From the NCBI GenBank assembly GCA_965218435.1, contig CBDCKW010000009.1, forward strand, positions 832,001-896,000: a DNA stretch of 64,000 nt. The letters are read 5' to 3'. The position numbers were made by a program, and so were the translations under genes. Of this stretch, positions 38,419 to 49,291 are shown in pieces. Within the stretch, counting starts at the first letter, position 1. Every line of letters starts with the position of its first letter. The notes beneath the pieces are model-generated. The model was not told the DNA's origin and did not search any database. It was given only the letters and a program-made list of their open reading frames with translations. Source of the DNA: Truepera sp. (GTDB lineage Bacteria > Deinococcota > Deinococci > Deinococcales > Trueperaceae).

Positions 38419-39663
38419 ATGACTCAGTCTCCTGATCTTCCCACCAAGAAAGCCCCACTCATCTTCATGCTCATCACCGCCTTTCTGTTCGCGATGGGCA
38501 TCAGCCTGGTCTTTCCGGTGCTGCCGTTCATCGTCGCTAGGTACGTGCCGCAGGTCTCGCAGCAGGCCGCCATGATCGGTCTGCTGGGCGCGGCCTACGC
38601 CTTCGTCTCGTTCTTCTCGTCACCGGTGCTGGGCGCGCTCAGCGACGCTTACGGACGACGTCCTATTCTGATTCTCAGCCTGACAGGTTCGGCCATTGGC
38701 TACGTCATCTTCGGCATTGGCGGCAGCCTGTGGGTGCTGTTCCTGGGCCGGATTATTGAAGGCTTGTGTGCGGGCGGCTTCGGCGCACTCTTCGGCTACG
38801 TGGCCGACACCACGCCGGAAGAGGAGCGCGGCAGGGTGTTCGGGCTAATCGGCGCGACGACGGGTGCGGCCTTTATCATCGGCCCGGCGATTGGCGGCCT
38901 GGCCTCGCACCTGAGCCTCAGCGCCCCGATGTTCCTGGCGGCGGGCGTCTGCTCGCTCAACGCCCTGTGGGGCCTGTTCGTGTTGCCAGAAAGTCTGCCA
39001 ATCTCGCGGCGCAGCAAGCATTTCGACGCCTCTCACCTCAATCCCCTCAAGCAACTCTCGGGCGCGCTGGCGTATCCAGCGGTGCGGCGGCTGGTCACGG
39101 TCAGCATCATGTTCCTGCTGCCGCTGTCGGTCATGCAGGTGACCTTGGCGCTGCTGGGGCGCGATACCCTCGGCTGGGGGCCGTCGCAGGCCAGCACGCT
39201 GTTCATCATCGTCGGCGCAACCGACATCGTGGCGCAGGGCTTCGTGTTGCCGTTTTTAATCAAAGCGCTCAGGGAACGCGGCGTGGCGATCCTGGGCCTC
39301 TCGCTGGGGGCCGTCGGGATGCTCGGCATGGCGCTGCTGCCCCTGTTCCCGCACGCGGCGCTGATCTATCTCAGCACGCTGTTTTTTGCCGTCGGCGAGG
39401 GAATTTTTACCGCCTCGCAGAACACCCTGATCTCCATCGCCGCGCCCGCCGAAGCGCAGGGTCAGGTGCAGGGCGGAGCGGAGTCGTTCGGCTCGCTGGC
39501 GCAGGTGGTGGGGCCGCTCGGCGGCGGGCAGCTGTACTCGCGCTTCGGTCCCGGTGCCACCTTCGGTACGGCGGCGGCGCTGGTGCTGGCGGCGCTGGGG
39601 TTGCTAGTCGGGCAGAAACCGCTGGCGACCAGCGTCGAAGGGCAGCCGCAGGAGGTGGCATGA
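38419..39663 (+). CDS. MFS efflux transporter (TetA/DHA1-like)
   Basis: [37 protein letters not shown]. Confidence 0.93.
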   Translation: MTQSPDLPTKKAPLIFMLITAFLFAMGISLVFPVLPFIVARYVPQVSQQAAMIGLLGAAYAFVSFFSSPVLGALSDAYGRRPILILSLTGSAIGYVIFGIGGSLWVLFLGRIIEGLCAGGFGALFGYVADTTPEEERGRVFGLIGATTGAAFIIGPAIGGLASHLSLSAPMFLAAGVCSLNALWGLFVLPESLPISRRSKHFDASHLNPLKQLSGALAYPAVRRLVTVSIMFLLPLSVMQVTLALLGRDTLGWGPSQASTLFIIVGATDIVAQGFVLPFLIKALRERGVAILGLSLGAVGMLGMALLPLFPHAALIYLSTLFFAVGEGIFTASQNTLISIAAPAEAQGQVQGGAESFGSLAQVVGPLGGGQLYSRFGPGATFGTAAALVLAALGLLVGQKPLATSVEGQPQEVA

Positions 39664-39679
39664 CCAGCCCCGCCTTCGG

Positions 39680-39717
39680 CGAGTTACCAGATAAGTTGGG
39701 CGTAAATCCACACTAAG
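39680..39717 (+). repeat. Tn3-family-like 38-bp terminal IR, copy 3
   Basis: CGAGTTACCAGATAAGTTGGGCGTAAATCCACACTAAG, abutting the resolvase remnant. Confidence 0.75.
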
Positions 39718-39725
39718 CGTTGAGG

Positions 39726-40130
39726 TCACCTGTGCGAGGCGGGTACCCAGCGGTAAAGCGTCGGCACCGATACGCCCAGATTTCGGGTACCTCTTTGGGT
39801 GGGACACCTTTGCAAAAGTTTCTTGGCAGACGCTATCTCACTGAGGGTTATCCGGCGTTTACGTCCGCCGATCCGCCCTCTTTGTCTAGCAGCTTGAAGC
39901 CCTGCGGTAGTTCGCTCGGCAATCGGTTCTCGTTCCATCTAGGCCGGAGAAGCTATCGCGTGAAAGAAGTGACCGCTCGAGGTCGTGGGGTTGCTGCCAC
40001 CGGTAAGGTTTTTGAACTGAACCTCTTGTTCGGCAAGCTCGGCAACAAAATCAACCGAGCCCTTAACGGTCTGGTCCAAACGGTCGAGCTTCCGGATCAC
40101 GAAGACGTTGCCCCCACGAACTCGAGAGAC
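39726..40130 (-). pseudogene. Serine resolvase (TnpR-like) remnant
   Basis: VFVIRKLDRL...SGHFFHAIASPA*MERE..AERTTAGLQAARQRGRIGGR...LGVSVPTLYRW. Contains stops/indels and lacks the N-terminus. Confidence 0.85.
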
Positions 40131-40265
40131 GCTTGGGGCGGAACGGTAATGGAGCGCATAGAAGTTGTCTGAGGAGAATAAAGGCGTTTTGCACTTTCAA
40201 TTCTCCCTTTTTTCCTTCACATTACGTGACTGGCTCGTTAGCCTCGAGACTGTTCTCTAAACACA

Positions 40266-41360
40266 CTAGAAATCGTTCATCAAGCTTTGAAAGCGGCCCC
40301 GCACCTCGGCGGCGCGGTTGGCGTGGCCCCGCCGCTCCCAGAGTTCGGCGAGGCTTTCCCAGGCGCTCTCGCTGTAGGGTTCGTGCTCGGTGATGGCGGT
40401 GTAAAAACGGACGCCGTTCTCGTAGTGGCCGCTGCTCGTAGCACCTTCAGCGGCGCTCACCAGTAGTTCTAAATGGGCGGCGTGCAAATCCAGGCGGGTG
40501 TCCTCGGCCCAGTCCGAATCAACCCCGAGGAGAAAGTCGGCGCGGTAGAACTCGGCGGCGCGTTCATAGTCGCCCATAGCTCGGCTCGAGCGGGCGCTAG
40601 CCGCTGCTACCCGGTAGTGTTCAACGTCGTAGTCCACCCGAAAGCCGCTGTGAAGGTAGTAGCGGCGGTTACTCGACTGGACAATCTCACCGCCGACGGC
40701 TTTGCGCAACCGGTAGAGCGTCGTATGAAACGAACTGCTCGCTTTGGCTTCGGTTTTGCCGGGCCAAAGCGCCTCGGCGACCTCGAAGGTGCTCGAGCCG
40801 CCTTGGTGCTCTAATAGGTAAAACAGCAGCTCGAGCGCCTTTAAGGAGTCCCACTCGAGGCGGTGGCGACCCTTTTCAATAACCGGCGGTCCAAAGCCGC
40901 GCACCCGCAACTTGCCTGCCGCCGGGGTGCGAATTTCAGCAAATCTTGCGATCCGGCTCTTGACGGCGCTGATCAGTTCATGCCGGTCAAAGGGTTTGGT
41001 CAAGTAATCGTCCGCGCCGAGCGACATACCGCGGCGCATATGGGCGCGTTCGTAGAGCGCCGTCAGAAATAAAAACGGGACGCCCTGCAGTCCCGGCAAC
41101 TCGCGCACCGCCTCGCAAAACTCGAACCCGCTCATCCCCGGCATCGTCACGTCGGACAAGATCACGTCGGGGTGGAGGCCGTTTTCAAGTTCCTCGAGGG
41201 CGTCTTGTGGGCGTTCAAAGGTGAGGACGGCAAAGTCGGCAGCGTTTAGGGTCAGCTCGAGCAGTTTGCGAATCCCGGGTTCATCGTCTACGGCTAAAAC
41301 CAGCCGTCCGGCACCGGGTTTTTCTACCCCGAAAGGGTTTAGACCGTTTTTAGGCTCCAC
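40266..41360 (-). CDS. Response regulator with winged-helix and BTAD domains
   Basis: VLAVDDE, SDVTMP, GADDYLTKP, LWP..FHTTLYRLRK, EPYSE. Confidence 0.9.
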   Translation of the reverse strand: MEPKNGLNPFGVEKPGAGRLVLAVDDEPGIRKLLELTLNAADFAVLTFERPQDALEELENGLHPDVILSDVTMPGMSGFEFCEAVRELPGLQGVPFLFLTALYERAHMRRGMSLGADDYLTKPFDRHELISAVKSRIARFAEIRTPAAGKLRVRGFGPPVIEKGRHRLEWDSLKALELLFYLLEHQGGSSTFEVAEALWPGKTEAKASSSFHTTLYRLRKAVGGEIVQSSNRRYYLHSGFRVDYDVEHYRVAAASARSSRAMGDYERAAEFYRADFLLGVDSDWAEDTRLDLHAAHLELLVSAAEGATSSGHYENGVRFYTAITEHEPYSESAWESLAELWERRGHANRAAEVRGRFQSLMNDF

Positions 41361-42145
41361 AGCGCCTCCTTGTACGCATCTTTAAGCGCAGCCGGATTGT
41401 CTGCCATAAGACCGTTCACATAGAGGTGGGTAAGCTGTTTCACATCTTGCGAGCTGTTGACCGTCCAGGTGTTGAGCATAACGCCGTTTTGCTGCGCCCA
41501 GCGCACGAGGTCTTGATCAATTAAGGTGTACTGCGGGTGCAGCGCGTCAACATGTAAAAGCCGTGCAAAAATTTTTGCCGCCGCGTTGGTACGGAGCCAG
41601 CGGGGGCCGCCTTCGCTGTAAAGCAGAGCGACGCGAACGGCAGGCGCGTAGAGGCGGAGCCGCGCTACTGAGAGCGGGTTAAAGCTCGAGACCAGCACCC
41701 GCCCTTCAATCCCCGAGGTCTCGACGGCGTTCGCTACGGCCCGCTCGAGCCCCCCGCTGCGCCAACCGCGCGTTTTCAGCTCGAGGTTTAGGAGCGTGCC
41801 CGGATAACAGCGGATGAGGGTCAAGAGGCCCTCGAGGGTTGGGATATTCGGGTCGGCTTCTTGCAATTCCTCGTGGGTGAGGGCGCTCAGGGTACGGCCG
41901 TCCGGTAGGGCAAAGTCGTGATAGAGCACCAGTTCACCGTCACGGGTGCGCTGGACGTCGGTCTCTAAGCCGTCGAGCTCGGCGTCTAACGCTGCCTGAA
42001 ACGCGCTCAGGGTGTTTTCCGGCAAACTCTCTCTGACGCCCCGGTGTCCTAACAGCAGCGTCTGTTTAGGCGTGACTTCCGGGAGTTGGCGCGGTTTCCA
42101 GAACAGGAGCCAGAGGACAAGCAGGAAAAAAATCCAGACCAGCAT
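41339..42145 (-). CDS. Glycerophosphodiester phosphodiesterase
   Basis: GHRG, PENTLSAF, ETDVQRTRDGELVLYHD, NLELK, WTVN. Confidence 0.94.
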   Translation of the reverse strand: MLVWIFFLLVLWLLFWKPRQLPEVTPKQTLLLGHRGVRESLPENTLSAFQAALDAELDGLETDVQRTRDGELVLYHDFALPDGRTLSALTHEELQEADPNIPTLEGLLTLIRCYPGTLLNLELKTRGWRSGGLERAVANAVETSGIEGRVLVSSFNPLSVARLRLYAPAVRVALLYSEGGPRWLRTNAAAKIFARLLHVDALHPQYTLIDQDLVRWAQQNGVMLNTWTVNSSQDVKQLTHLYVNGLMADNPAALKDAYKEALWSLKTV

Positions 42146-42148
42146 GGC

Positions 42149-42427
42149 TTATTTTGCCGTCTCGAGCTCCGTCGCCGTCAATTCTGTCAGCGTGTAGTGT
42201 GCTTCTTCCATCACCGGATTGCTCAGCACCGCTTCGATGAGCGTCTGGAGCTGCGCTTCGACCTCGGCGCGTTCACCCGTCAAGGTCAGCGTCAGGTGTT
42301 TACCGATTCGCACGTCAGCAACGTTGGTCGTCCCTAAACGGTGGAGCGTCGTCTCGACCGCGCGGCTTTGCGGGTCTAAAATAGACCGCTTTAGCATCAC
42401 CTCGATTTCGGCATAAAAGTCAGCCAT
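42149..42427 (-). CDS. purS: FGAM synthase subunit PurS
   Basis: LKRSILDPQ, VRIGK, LSNPVMEE. Confidence 0.95.
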   Translation of the reverse strand: MADFYAEIEVMLKRSILDPQSRAVETTLHRLGTTNVADVRIGKHLTLTLTGERAEVEAQLQTLIEAVLSNPVMEEAHYTLTELTATELETAK

Positions 42428-43152
42428 CACACTCCTTTCAAAACCCGTCTGGCCACCTCTTGATACGCCTCTTCGACGCCTCCCAGGTCACGGCGAAAAC
42501 GGTCTTTGTCTAAACGTTCACCACTTTGTATGTCCCACAACCGGCAGGTGTCGGGGCTGATTTCGTCGGCCAGCACAATCTCGCCGGTACCGAGGCGACC
42601 GAACTCGAGCTTAAAGTCAACGAGTTTGAGGTCAATTTGGGCAAAAAAGCCGGTGAGGAGTGCGCTGATATCAAGGGCCTGCCGCCGCAACTGTGCCAGC
42701 TCCGCGATATTCGCTAAACCGAGCGCCAACGCGGTGTCGTCGTTTAAGGGCGGGTCGCCGAGGTCGTCGGACTTAAGGCACCACTCGAGCACCGGCGGCG
42801 TAAGCTCTACGCCCTCGCCCGTCCCGTAACGTTTGGCAAACGATCCGGCGGCGTAGGGCCGCACCACGACCTCTAAAGGAATGATCGTCACAGCCTTAAC
42901 AAGCTGCTCACGCTCGCTAAGCTTCTTGACGAAGTGCGTTTCGATACCCTTCGTTTCTAGCCACTCGAACACTCGGCTCGAGACCGCGTTATTCACCGCA
43001 CCCTTGCCCGTAATCTGCCCTTTTTTCTGTGCGTTAAAGGCGGTCGCGTCATCTTTATATTCGACGATGTAAAGCGTATCGTCGCTGGTGGCGTAAACCC
43101 GTTTGGCCTTGCCCTCATAGCGTTGCTCTTGTTTTTCTGGAACCCCGGTCAC
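42427..43152 (-). CDS. purC: SAICAR synthetase
   Basis: [43 protein letters not shown]. Confidence 0.97.
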   Translation of the reverse strand: MTGVPEKQEQRYEGKAKRVYATSDDTLYIVEYKDDATAFNAQKKGQITGKGAVNNAVSSRVFEWLETKGIETHFVKKLSEREQLVKAVTIIPLEVVVRPYAAGSFAKRYGTGEGVELTPPVLEWCLKSDDLGDPPLNDDTALALGLANIAELAQLRRQALDISALLTGFFAQIDLKLVDFKLEFGRLGTGEIVLADEISPDTCRLWDIQSGERLDKDRFRRDLGGVEEAYQEVARRVLKGV

Positions 43153-43213
43153 GGCCTGACTATAGCAGGCTAGGGCCGGATAAAGGTATGCCCCAGAAAG
43201 ATTGCTGTAAGTC

Positions 43214-44242
43214 TCAGTGAGCGCGCCCCAGTTTCTCTACCAGGTTGCGTTTGGTCTGCTCACGCTGATTACGCCATGCCACGTACTGTTTTTTCGCTGC
43301 TTCAGTGTTTGGCATACTCGCTGAAAAAGCCAGAGGCTCGGTGCTAGAGGTATCTGTTGGGCTGGTAAAATCTATTTGCGGTTGCACTTTAGTGGTCAGC
43401 CCGTCGTAGAAAAAATATGTGTTGTTTAGCTTAGCTGTTTCTCCAACATTGATAACAGGCGGAGCGTCTAAGCTGCCATCAAAGTAGCCGAAGAACAGTG
43501 GCAAATTGTTTTCATCTAGAAGAAAATAGCTTGAGTAATTGCTTACCCTAGCGGCGCCGGTTCCTTCGTTACGAGCTGTTACGGTAAATCCTTGTGGTTC
43601 TAAAGCTGAGTAACTTTGCGGAATGATACGTGCGGTAGGAGCGTCGAAATCAGAATCGTCTTCAATCCCGGAGATACTGACGCTGCTAACTGAGGAGTAG
43701 ATAGCAGGGGTAATGTCTTCAAGTTCAATCCCGAAAAAGTAACCCGTCTCCCTGCTGTTCAAACAAGTGTTTGTATAGGTACCTGTTGACCGGCTTACGC
43801 CAACGAAGGCAAATGTCTCTGTGACGAGCACCCGGTTCGCGCTGTCTTTTAACTCGAGTTCACGAGCTCTGATAAAGCACCGAAGGCTGTCACTCTGATT
43901 CGTAATAGCAACAAACCAATAAAGCGTTTCCGAAGTGGCGCTACCTCTTGTCGCGTAAGCCTTACCTAAGCGAAAGGCTGTACTTTCACCCGTCAAACCT
44001 GCACCTAGCTCTTTACGTAATTGGCTGTTCGGCGTCGTACCTCGGCCGAGCGCCGTGCCGGAGAGCACTACCGAGTTGTTAGGAGTGGCGCTGGGTCCAG
44101 GCGTCGGCCCTGGCACCGGAGTTGGCGTAGGAGTTGGGCTCGGAACCGGCGTCGGGTTGGGTGTCGGCGCTGGACCACCGGGCCCACCACAAGCGGCAAG
44201 ACCTAAAATGAACAGCGCAGCTAGTACAAGGTACAGTTTCAC
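43214..44242 (-). CDS. Hypothetical lipoprotein with Pro/Thr linker
   Basis: Lipobox LAAC, then [26 protein letters not shown]. Confidence 0.85.
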   Translation of the reverse strand: MKLYLVLAALFILGLAACGGPGGPAPTPNPTPVPSPTPTPTPVPGPTPGPSATPNNSVVLSGTALGRGTTPNSQLRKELGAGLTGESTAFRLGKAYATRGSATSETLYWFVAITNQSDSLRCFIRARELELKDSANRVLVTETFAFVGVSRSTGTYTNTCLNSRETGYFFGIELEDITPAIYSSVSSVSISGIEDDSDFDAPTARIIPQSYSALEPQGFTVTARNEGTGAARVSNYSSYFLLDENNLPLFFGYFDGSLDAPPVINVGETAKLNNTYFFYDGLTTKVQPQIDFTSPTDTSSTEPLAFSASMPNTEAAKKQYVAWRNQREQTKRNLVEKLGRAH

Positions 44243-44259
44243 GACTATCCTCCCGGTAA

Positions 44260-45564
44260 CTAAAGCCCAAAACGTCCATAGACCTCATCAATATAACGCA
44301 GATACCAAGCTGGGCTAAAGGCGTTGTCCAGCTCCTCGGCGCTCAGCGTACTGTCCGGGTCTTTGGCTAACACCTCACGCAGATGTTCGCCCGTTTCCCA
44401 CGTCGTAAGAGACGCCCGCTGCACGATGTCATACGCGCTTTCGCGCATCAGACCTAACTCGAGGAGTTTATGCAGCACTCGCTGCGAATAGATCAGGCCG
44501 TTCAGCGCGTCCATATTTTTAAGCATCGTCTCCGGGTAGACCATTAAACCTTGCACGACTTTGGTCAGGCGACGGCAGGCATAACTTGCCAGAGTGGTGC
44601 TGTCGGGCAAAATTACGCGCTCGACGGATGAGTGCGAGATGTCCCTTTCATGCCACAGGGCGACGTTCTCGAGCCCCGCCTGCAGGTTGCTCCGCAGAAG
44701 CCGCGCAATGCCCGTGATGTTCTCCGTGACAATCGGATTTTTTTTGTGCGGCATCGAAGAGCTGCCGGTTTGACCCTTGGCAAACCCCTCTTGCGCCTCA
44801 CGGACTTCGCTGCGCTGCAGGTGGCGGATTTCTAAGGCGACGCGCTCCAGGGTCGTCCCAAAAATTGCCAGCGCACTCAGCAGTTCGGCGTGCCGGTCAC
44901 GGGCGACGGTCTGGTTGGTCACCAGATCGGGGAAGAGGCCGAGCGTTTCAGCGACGCGCGTTTCAATTTCCGGCGGAACGTGCGCGTAAGTCCCGACGGA
45001 ACCTGAAAGCATCAATACGGAGATAGTGTCTCGAGCCCTCTCTAACCTCACGATGTCGCGCTGCACCGCTGCGTAAAAGTTCAAAAACTTAAGCCCAAAC
45101 GTCATCGGTTCGGCGTGGACGCCGTGGGTGCGGCCAATCGTAGGTGTGTGTTTATACGTCACGGCTTTTTCTTTAAGGGCGTCGGCAAGTTCGCGGGCGT
45201 CAGCCAAAATCAAGGTTAGAGCTTCCTGCAACACGAGGTTTTGGGCAGAATCCACCACGTCGGTACTCGTCAACCCCAAGTGGATAAATCGGGCTTGTTC
45301 GCCGAAGCGTTCAGTCAGCGCCCGTGTAAAGGCCACGATGTCGTGCCGGGTTTGGGCCTCCAACTCAGCGACTCTTGCGGCAAAGGCGTCATCTAAGGGA
45401 GCGGCGTGCGCTTTATCTTGCAGCGCGTCGGCGGTGCCTGCGGGGACGTCGCCGAGGGCTTCCCACGCTCTAGTTGCGGCGAGTTCGACGGTTAACCACG
45501 TTTGATAGCGGTGCGTTTCGCTCCATAAAGCGGTCATTTCGGGGGTGCTATAACGTGCAATCAT
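44260..45564 (-). CDS. purB: Adenylosuccinate lyase
   Basis: MIARYS, HLGLTSTD, GRTHGVHAEP, GSSSMPHKKNP. Confidence 0.97.
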   Translation of the reverse strand: MIARYSTPEMTALWSETHRYQTWLTVELAATRAWEALGDVPAGTADALQDKAHAAPLDDAFAARVAELEAQTRHDIVAFTRALTERFGEQARFIHLGLTSTDVVDSAQNLVLQEALTLILADARELADALKEKAVTYKHTPTIGRTHGVHAEPMTFGLKFLNFYAAVQRDIVRLERARDTISVLMLSGSVGTYAHVPPEIETRVAETLGLFPDLVTNQTVARDRHAELLSALAIFGTTLERVALEIRHLQRSEVREAQEGFAKGQTGSSSMPHKKNPIVTENITGIARLLRSNLQAGLENVALWHERDISHSSVERVILPDSTTLASYACRRLTKVVQGLMVYPETMLKNMDALNGLIYSQRVLHKLLELGLMRESAYDIVQRASLTTWETGEHLREVLAKDPDSTLSAEELDNAFSPAWYLRYIDEVYGRFGL

Positions 45565-45640
45565 CGGCTTAAATCTAACCCGGTTGAGCGTTACACGGAG
45601 CAATTTGATGGTGAACAAAACACTTAAAAATTAAGGTATT

Positions 45641-46729
45641 ATGCCCTTAGAAATGAGGTGTGCTGTAACAGAGCCAATTAAAGGGCGGGGCGTGGGGCAC
45701 AATCCTAAAAACCGGTTTGAAACCCTCGAGCTGACCTTCGACCCGGATTGGGACACCGCTGAAACGCCTGGACCTCGCACGACGTTTTACCGGGACCGCT
45801 CGAGTACCATTTTAGCCCGCAACACCTCACCCGACATCGGCTATGACGTGTCTCTCAACCCGTACCGGGGCTGTGAGCACGGCTGCGTCTACTGCTACGC
45901 CCGCCCGACGCACGAATATCTGGGCTTTTCGCTGGGTCTCGATTTTGAAAGCAAAATTATGGTCAAAGACGACGCGCCTAGTCTTTTACGGCGCGAACTC
46001 GCCGCCAAACGCTGGACGCCACAGGTGGTCGGGATGGGCGGCGTAACCGACATCTATCAACCGGTGGAGCGGAGGCTCGAGCTGACCCGGCGCTGCCTCG
46101 AGGTCTTTCTGGACTTTCGCAATCCGGTGACGCTGGTGACCAAGAGCCATCTGATCACGCGGGATTTAGACCTTTTACGGGAGCTGAGCGCGTTTCAGGC
46201 AGTGTCGGTCGCGGTCTCGCTCACGACGCTCGATGATGACCTCTACCGGCTGATGGAGCCAAGGGCCGCGTCCCCGGCCCGCCGCTTAGACGCGGTTCGC
46301 AGGCTTGCCGACGCGGGCGTACACGTCGGCGTCTTAACCTCACCGATTATTCCCGGCCTAAACGACGCTGAAATTCCCAGTCTGGTGAGCGCAGCCGCCG
46401 AAGTGGGCGCACAGTTCGCGGGTTACGGCGTGGTTCATCTGCCCTACGGCCTCAAAGAGATGTTTGCCGAGTGGACTCGGGCGACCTTTCCAGAACGCGC
46501 CGACAAGATTTTGAACCGGATTCGGGAGATGCGCGGCGGCAAGCTCAACGATCCACGTTTTGGTCACCGGATGCGCGGTGAAGGCCCTTTTGCGGAGCAA
46601 CTTGCCAGTTTACACCGTTTAGCTTGCAAACGCGCCGGGTTGCCTAAGTCGCGGGTTCGGCTTTCAGTAGATCACTTCCGAGTACCGGGCTCGAGCCCGG
46701 AGGTACAACAGCCAAGTCTTTTCGGTTAA
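45641..46729 (+). CDS. PA0069-family radical SAM protein (SplB-like)
   Basis: NPYRGCEHGCVYCYARPTH, TDIYQPVE, FGHRMRG. Confidence 0.93.
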   Translation: MPLEMRCAVTEPIKGRGVGHNPKNRFETLELTFDPDWDTAETPGPRTTFYRDRSSTILARNTSPDIGYDVSLNPYRGCEHGCVYCYARPTHEYLGFSLGLDFESKIMVKDDAPSLLRRELAAKRWTPQVVGMGGVTDIYQPVERRLELTRRCLEVFLDFRNPVTLVTKSHLITRDLDLLRELSAFQAVSVAVSLTTLDDDLYRLMEPRAASPARRLDAVRRLADAGVHVGVLTSPIIPGLNDAEIPSLVSAAAEVGAQFAGYGVVHLPYGLKEMFAEWTRATFPERADKILNRIREMRGGKLNDPRFGHRMRGEGPFAEQLASLHRLACKRAGLPKSRVRLSVDHFRVPGSSPEVQQPSLFG

Positions 46730-46906
46730 GCTCTATCCTACAGAGCCCTCAAAGGAAACCTCTAAAAGATTTGATCGTACCGAATGTTAGCAGGTACCCT
46801 CTGGTCGGCAACGCTATTTGTTTGGGCTTCGCTCTCTAGCACGCACATTATACGATGGCGCTGATAGTAGCCTGGAAATGCTATGTGCAAAAAAATGTTC
46901 GAAACG

Positions 46907-48061
46907 CTAAACCACCTCATTCACTTCAGGGAGACAGAGCGAGACAAAAACCTCGACCACTTCAGGGTCAAATTGCCGTCCGGCTTGCGCCTGAAGCTCA
47001 ACTATGGCGTCGTCGTGACGCCAAGCGTTCTTATACGGCCTGACCGAAATAAGTGCGTCGTACACGTCACAAACGCTAAAGATACGGGCTAAAAGCGGAA
47101 TCTCTGCGCCTGCTAAGCCGTGCGGATAACCACCGCCGTCCCAGCGTTCATGATGGTAGAGGATGGTCTCGAGCGTCTCTTGAGGCAAAAACGGCAGCTG
47201 CAACGCGACCTTGTATCCCGCCTCGACGTGACGGCGCATCACCTCCCACTCGCTGGCCGAGAGCTTGCCCGGTTTGTGCAAAATCGCGTCGGGGGTCGCC
47301 ACTTTGCCGAGGTCGTGCAAATACGCGCCCCAACGCAGCGCCTCGAGCTGCTGGCCGTCTAATTTCAGCGCCTCACCCACGCTGATGGCGAGGTCGGTCA
47401 CGCGGTCGGTGTGCCCTTTGACTTCAGCGTCGCGGCTCTCAACCGCGACGCCCAAGGCTTTGATCGCCCCTTCTTTGGCCTGTAGCGCGTTCTCTTTTTC
47501 GGCAAACGCCTGCTCCTCGGCGGCCAAGCGGGCGGCGAGCGCGGCGAGCGTTGTGGCTACGGTACCGAAAAGATCGCATTCTCGCGGTTTCCAGGTGTGT
47601 GCCCTAAAGGTGTGCATCAAAAAAGCGCCTTGCAGTGTTCCGCCCCGGCTCAGCACGGGCGCAGCGGCGAGGCTGGCGACGCCTAACTCGGGAAATCCGG
47701 CGGTTTCAGGCGCGGCGTCGGTGTCGTCGAAAAATAGCGGGACGCGGGTGGTCTCGAGCGCCCTCATCAGCGGCGTATCATCAGGTAGCCCATGCGCCAA
47801 AATCGCGTCCATCACCGGACCTGCGGGCAGCTCGCCGGACGCGGAGCGGGCCTTAAACATCTTGTCGCCCAGCTGAAAATAAGCGGAGCCTACCGCCGCG
47901 GTACGTTCGACCAGGGCTTTCAAAACGGGCATCACCGCACTGGGAATATCCGGGGCGGAGAGGGCGAGCTGGGTCAGTTCGACGACGAGCTGAGCGCGGA
48001 GTTCGGCGTGTTGGCTGGGTACAGGGGTCTCGAGCAGTGGTTCTCTCGGCACGGTAGTCAT
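46907..48061 (-). CDS. GAF + HD-GYP phosphodiesterase
   Basis: GHTDRV, LHDLGK, HHERWDGGGYP, DVYDAL, RPYK. Confidence 0.94.
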   Translation of the reverse strand: MTTVPREPLLETPVPSQHAELRAQLVVELTQLALSAPDIPSAVMPVLKALVERTAAVGSAYFQLGDKMFKARSASGELPAGPVMDAILAHGLPDDTPLMRALETTRVPLFFDDTDAAPETAGFPELGVASLAAAPVLSRGGTLQGAFLMHTFRAHTWKPRECDLFGTVATTLAALAARLAAEEQAFAEKENALQAKEGAIKALGVAVESRDAEVKGHTDRVTDLAISVGEALKLDGQQLEALRWGAYLHDLGKVATPDAILHKPGKLSASEWEVMRRHVEAGYKVALQLPFLPQETLETILYHHERWDGGGYPHGLAGAEIPLLARIFSVCDVYDALISVRPYKNAWRHDDAIVELQAQAGRQFDPEVVEVFVSLCLPEVNEVV

Positions 48062-48180
48062 AGGGCTAGGTTAGCCTCGAGACTCTTACAAAGCTCTTAC
48101 ATTTCGTTAATTGCTGCTTCACTGACGATGCGAGGTGAAGGTCGGTTCCTCGCAAAACAACTATGTAACCAATGGTGCTA

Positions 48181-48308
48181 TTGGGTGAATTGGTACGGTT
48201 GTCGCCATTCAAATTCCGTTTTGGTAAGAGCCAAGCACCTTGGGCAGACCCAGAGTTTCCTCGCGATGTACGAAAACGCTAAGGCCATGTGCGTGTCGGA
48301 TGACCCAC
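48181..48308. mobile_element. 128-bp MITE-like insert with TA duplication
   Basis: Absent from copy 1. TA|TTGGGTGA...TGACCCAC|TA. Confidence 0.6.
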
Positions 48309-48370
48309 TAGTTGAAGAGGTCATAGAAAACCCTGAAACTGTGAATAGCGACAAACACAGGAGGGTAACT

Positions 48371-49170
48371 ATGACCACAGAAGAGATTATCATCCACATC
48401 TTTGTAGAAGTTGATGACCAGCTGCCCGAGATGCGTAAACACCCGCAAGCCAAGCTATACCCCAGTGAACTTGTGACCGTTGGTATCTTGTTCGCACTCA
48501 AAGGTCGGGGCTTCCGGGCTTTCTACCGCTGGTTGAAACGCGACTATGACGCGTTGTTCGCTGGGCTTCCTAGTACGGGCATAGCCCGGCCCTAGTGGGC
48601 CTAGTACCTGAACGCACGCGTCTACAACGTCTGCTCAAGGCGCATCAAGACTGGTGCGAGGTGCTGCTTGCTAAACCCAGTTTTTTCACCGTGATTGATG
48701 CTTACCCTATCGAACTGCTGTTCCCCATTCGTCAAGGACGGAGCAAGCAGCAAGTAGGCAAGAAAGGCAGGGACAAAGGTAGAAGGAGCGTGGGCATCAA
48801 GTTCTGCTGGCTCTTGAACGATACAGGGCAGGTAGTCGGCTGGGACTGGACGGGTATGAACGCGCACGACCAGACCTTTCACTCGCTCATCGAATGCTTT
48901 GCTGGACAAGCTATTGTGCTTTCCGACTTAGGCTTTAGAGCTGCCAAAGGCACGCCTGAGAATCTCAAGCTCTGTGCTAAGGGAACTTGGAATGAACGCA
49001 TGGTGGTAGAAACAGCCCTGGCTATGGTGACGACTGTTTATGACCTCAAACGTATCCGGCACCGCTTAGCCGCTCACATCGAGGCGCGTTTGGCCTTTGT
49101 GACCGCCATGTTCAACGTACTTCTACGTCTTTTTCACAAGCTCCATCCTGAAACTGACCCTTCAGAATGA
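48371..49170 (+). pseudogene. IS982-like transposase, frameshifted
   Basis: MTTEEII...AGLP, then a 38-bp insertion, then PERTRLQRL in another frame. Confidence 0.88.
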
Positions 49171-49291
49171 GCATCGCTGAGTTCTCCTTATGAACTAGCA
49201 CCATAGGTTAGCAGAAAATCCTAGAAGGCAGAGGGCGTGCCGTCGGTCAGGGTAAAGGGTTGCTTAGAGATAAACAGTTTTAGTCTCTTGT

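Larger units (their letters stand above)
48168..49208 (+). mobile_element. IS982-like element, copy 2 (degenerate)
   Basis: Same IRs as copy 1. Left IR interrupted by a 128-bp insert; transposase frameshifted; no TSD seen. Confidence 0.88.

Noticed and set aside
38766..39716. 316-aa alternative-frame ORF over the MFS gene, and similar antisense/shadow ORFs such as 47792-48595 and 60363-60983
   Set aside because: Arg/Gly/Ala-rich shadows of GC-rich coding sequence, or chimeric across IS boundaries.
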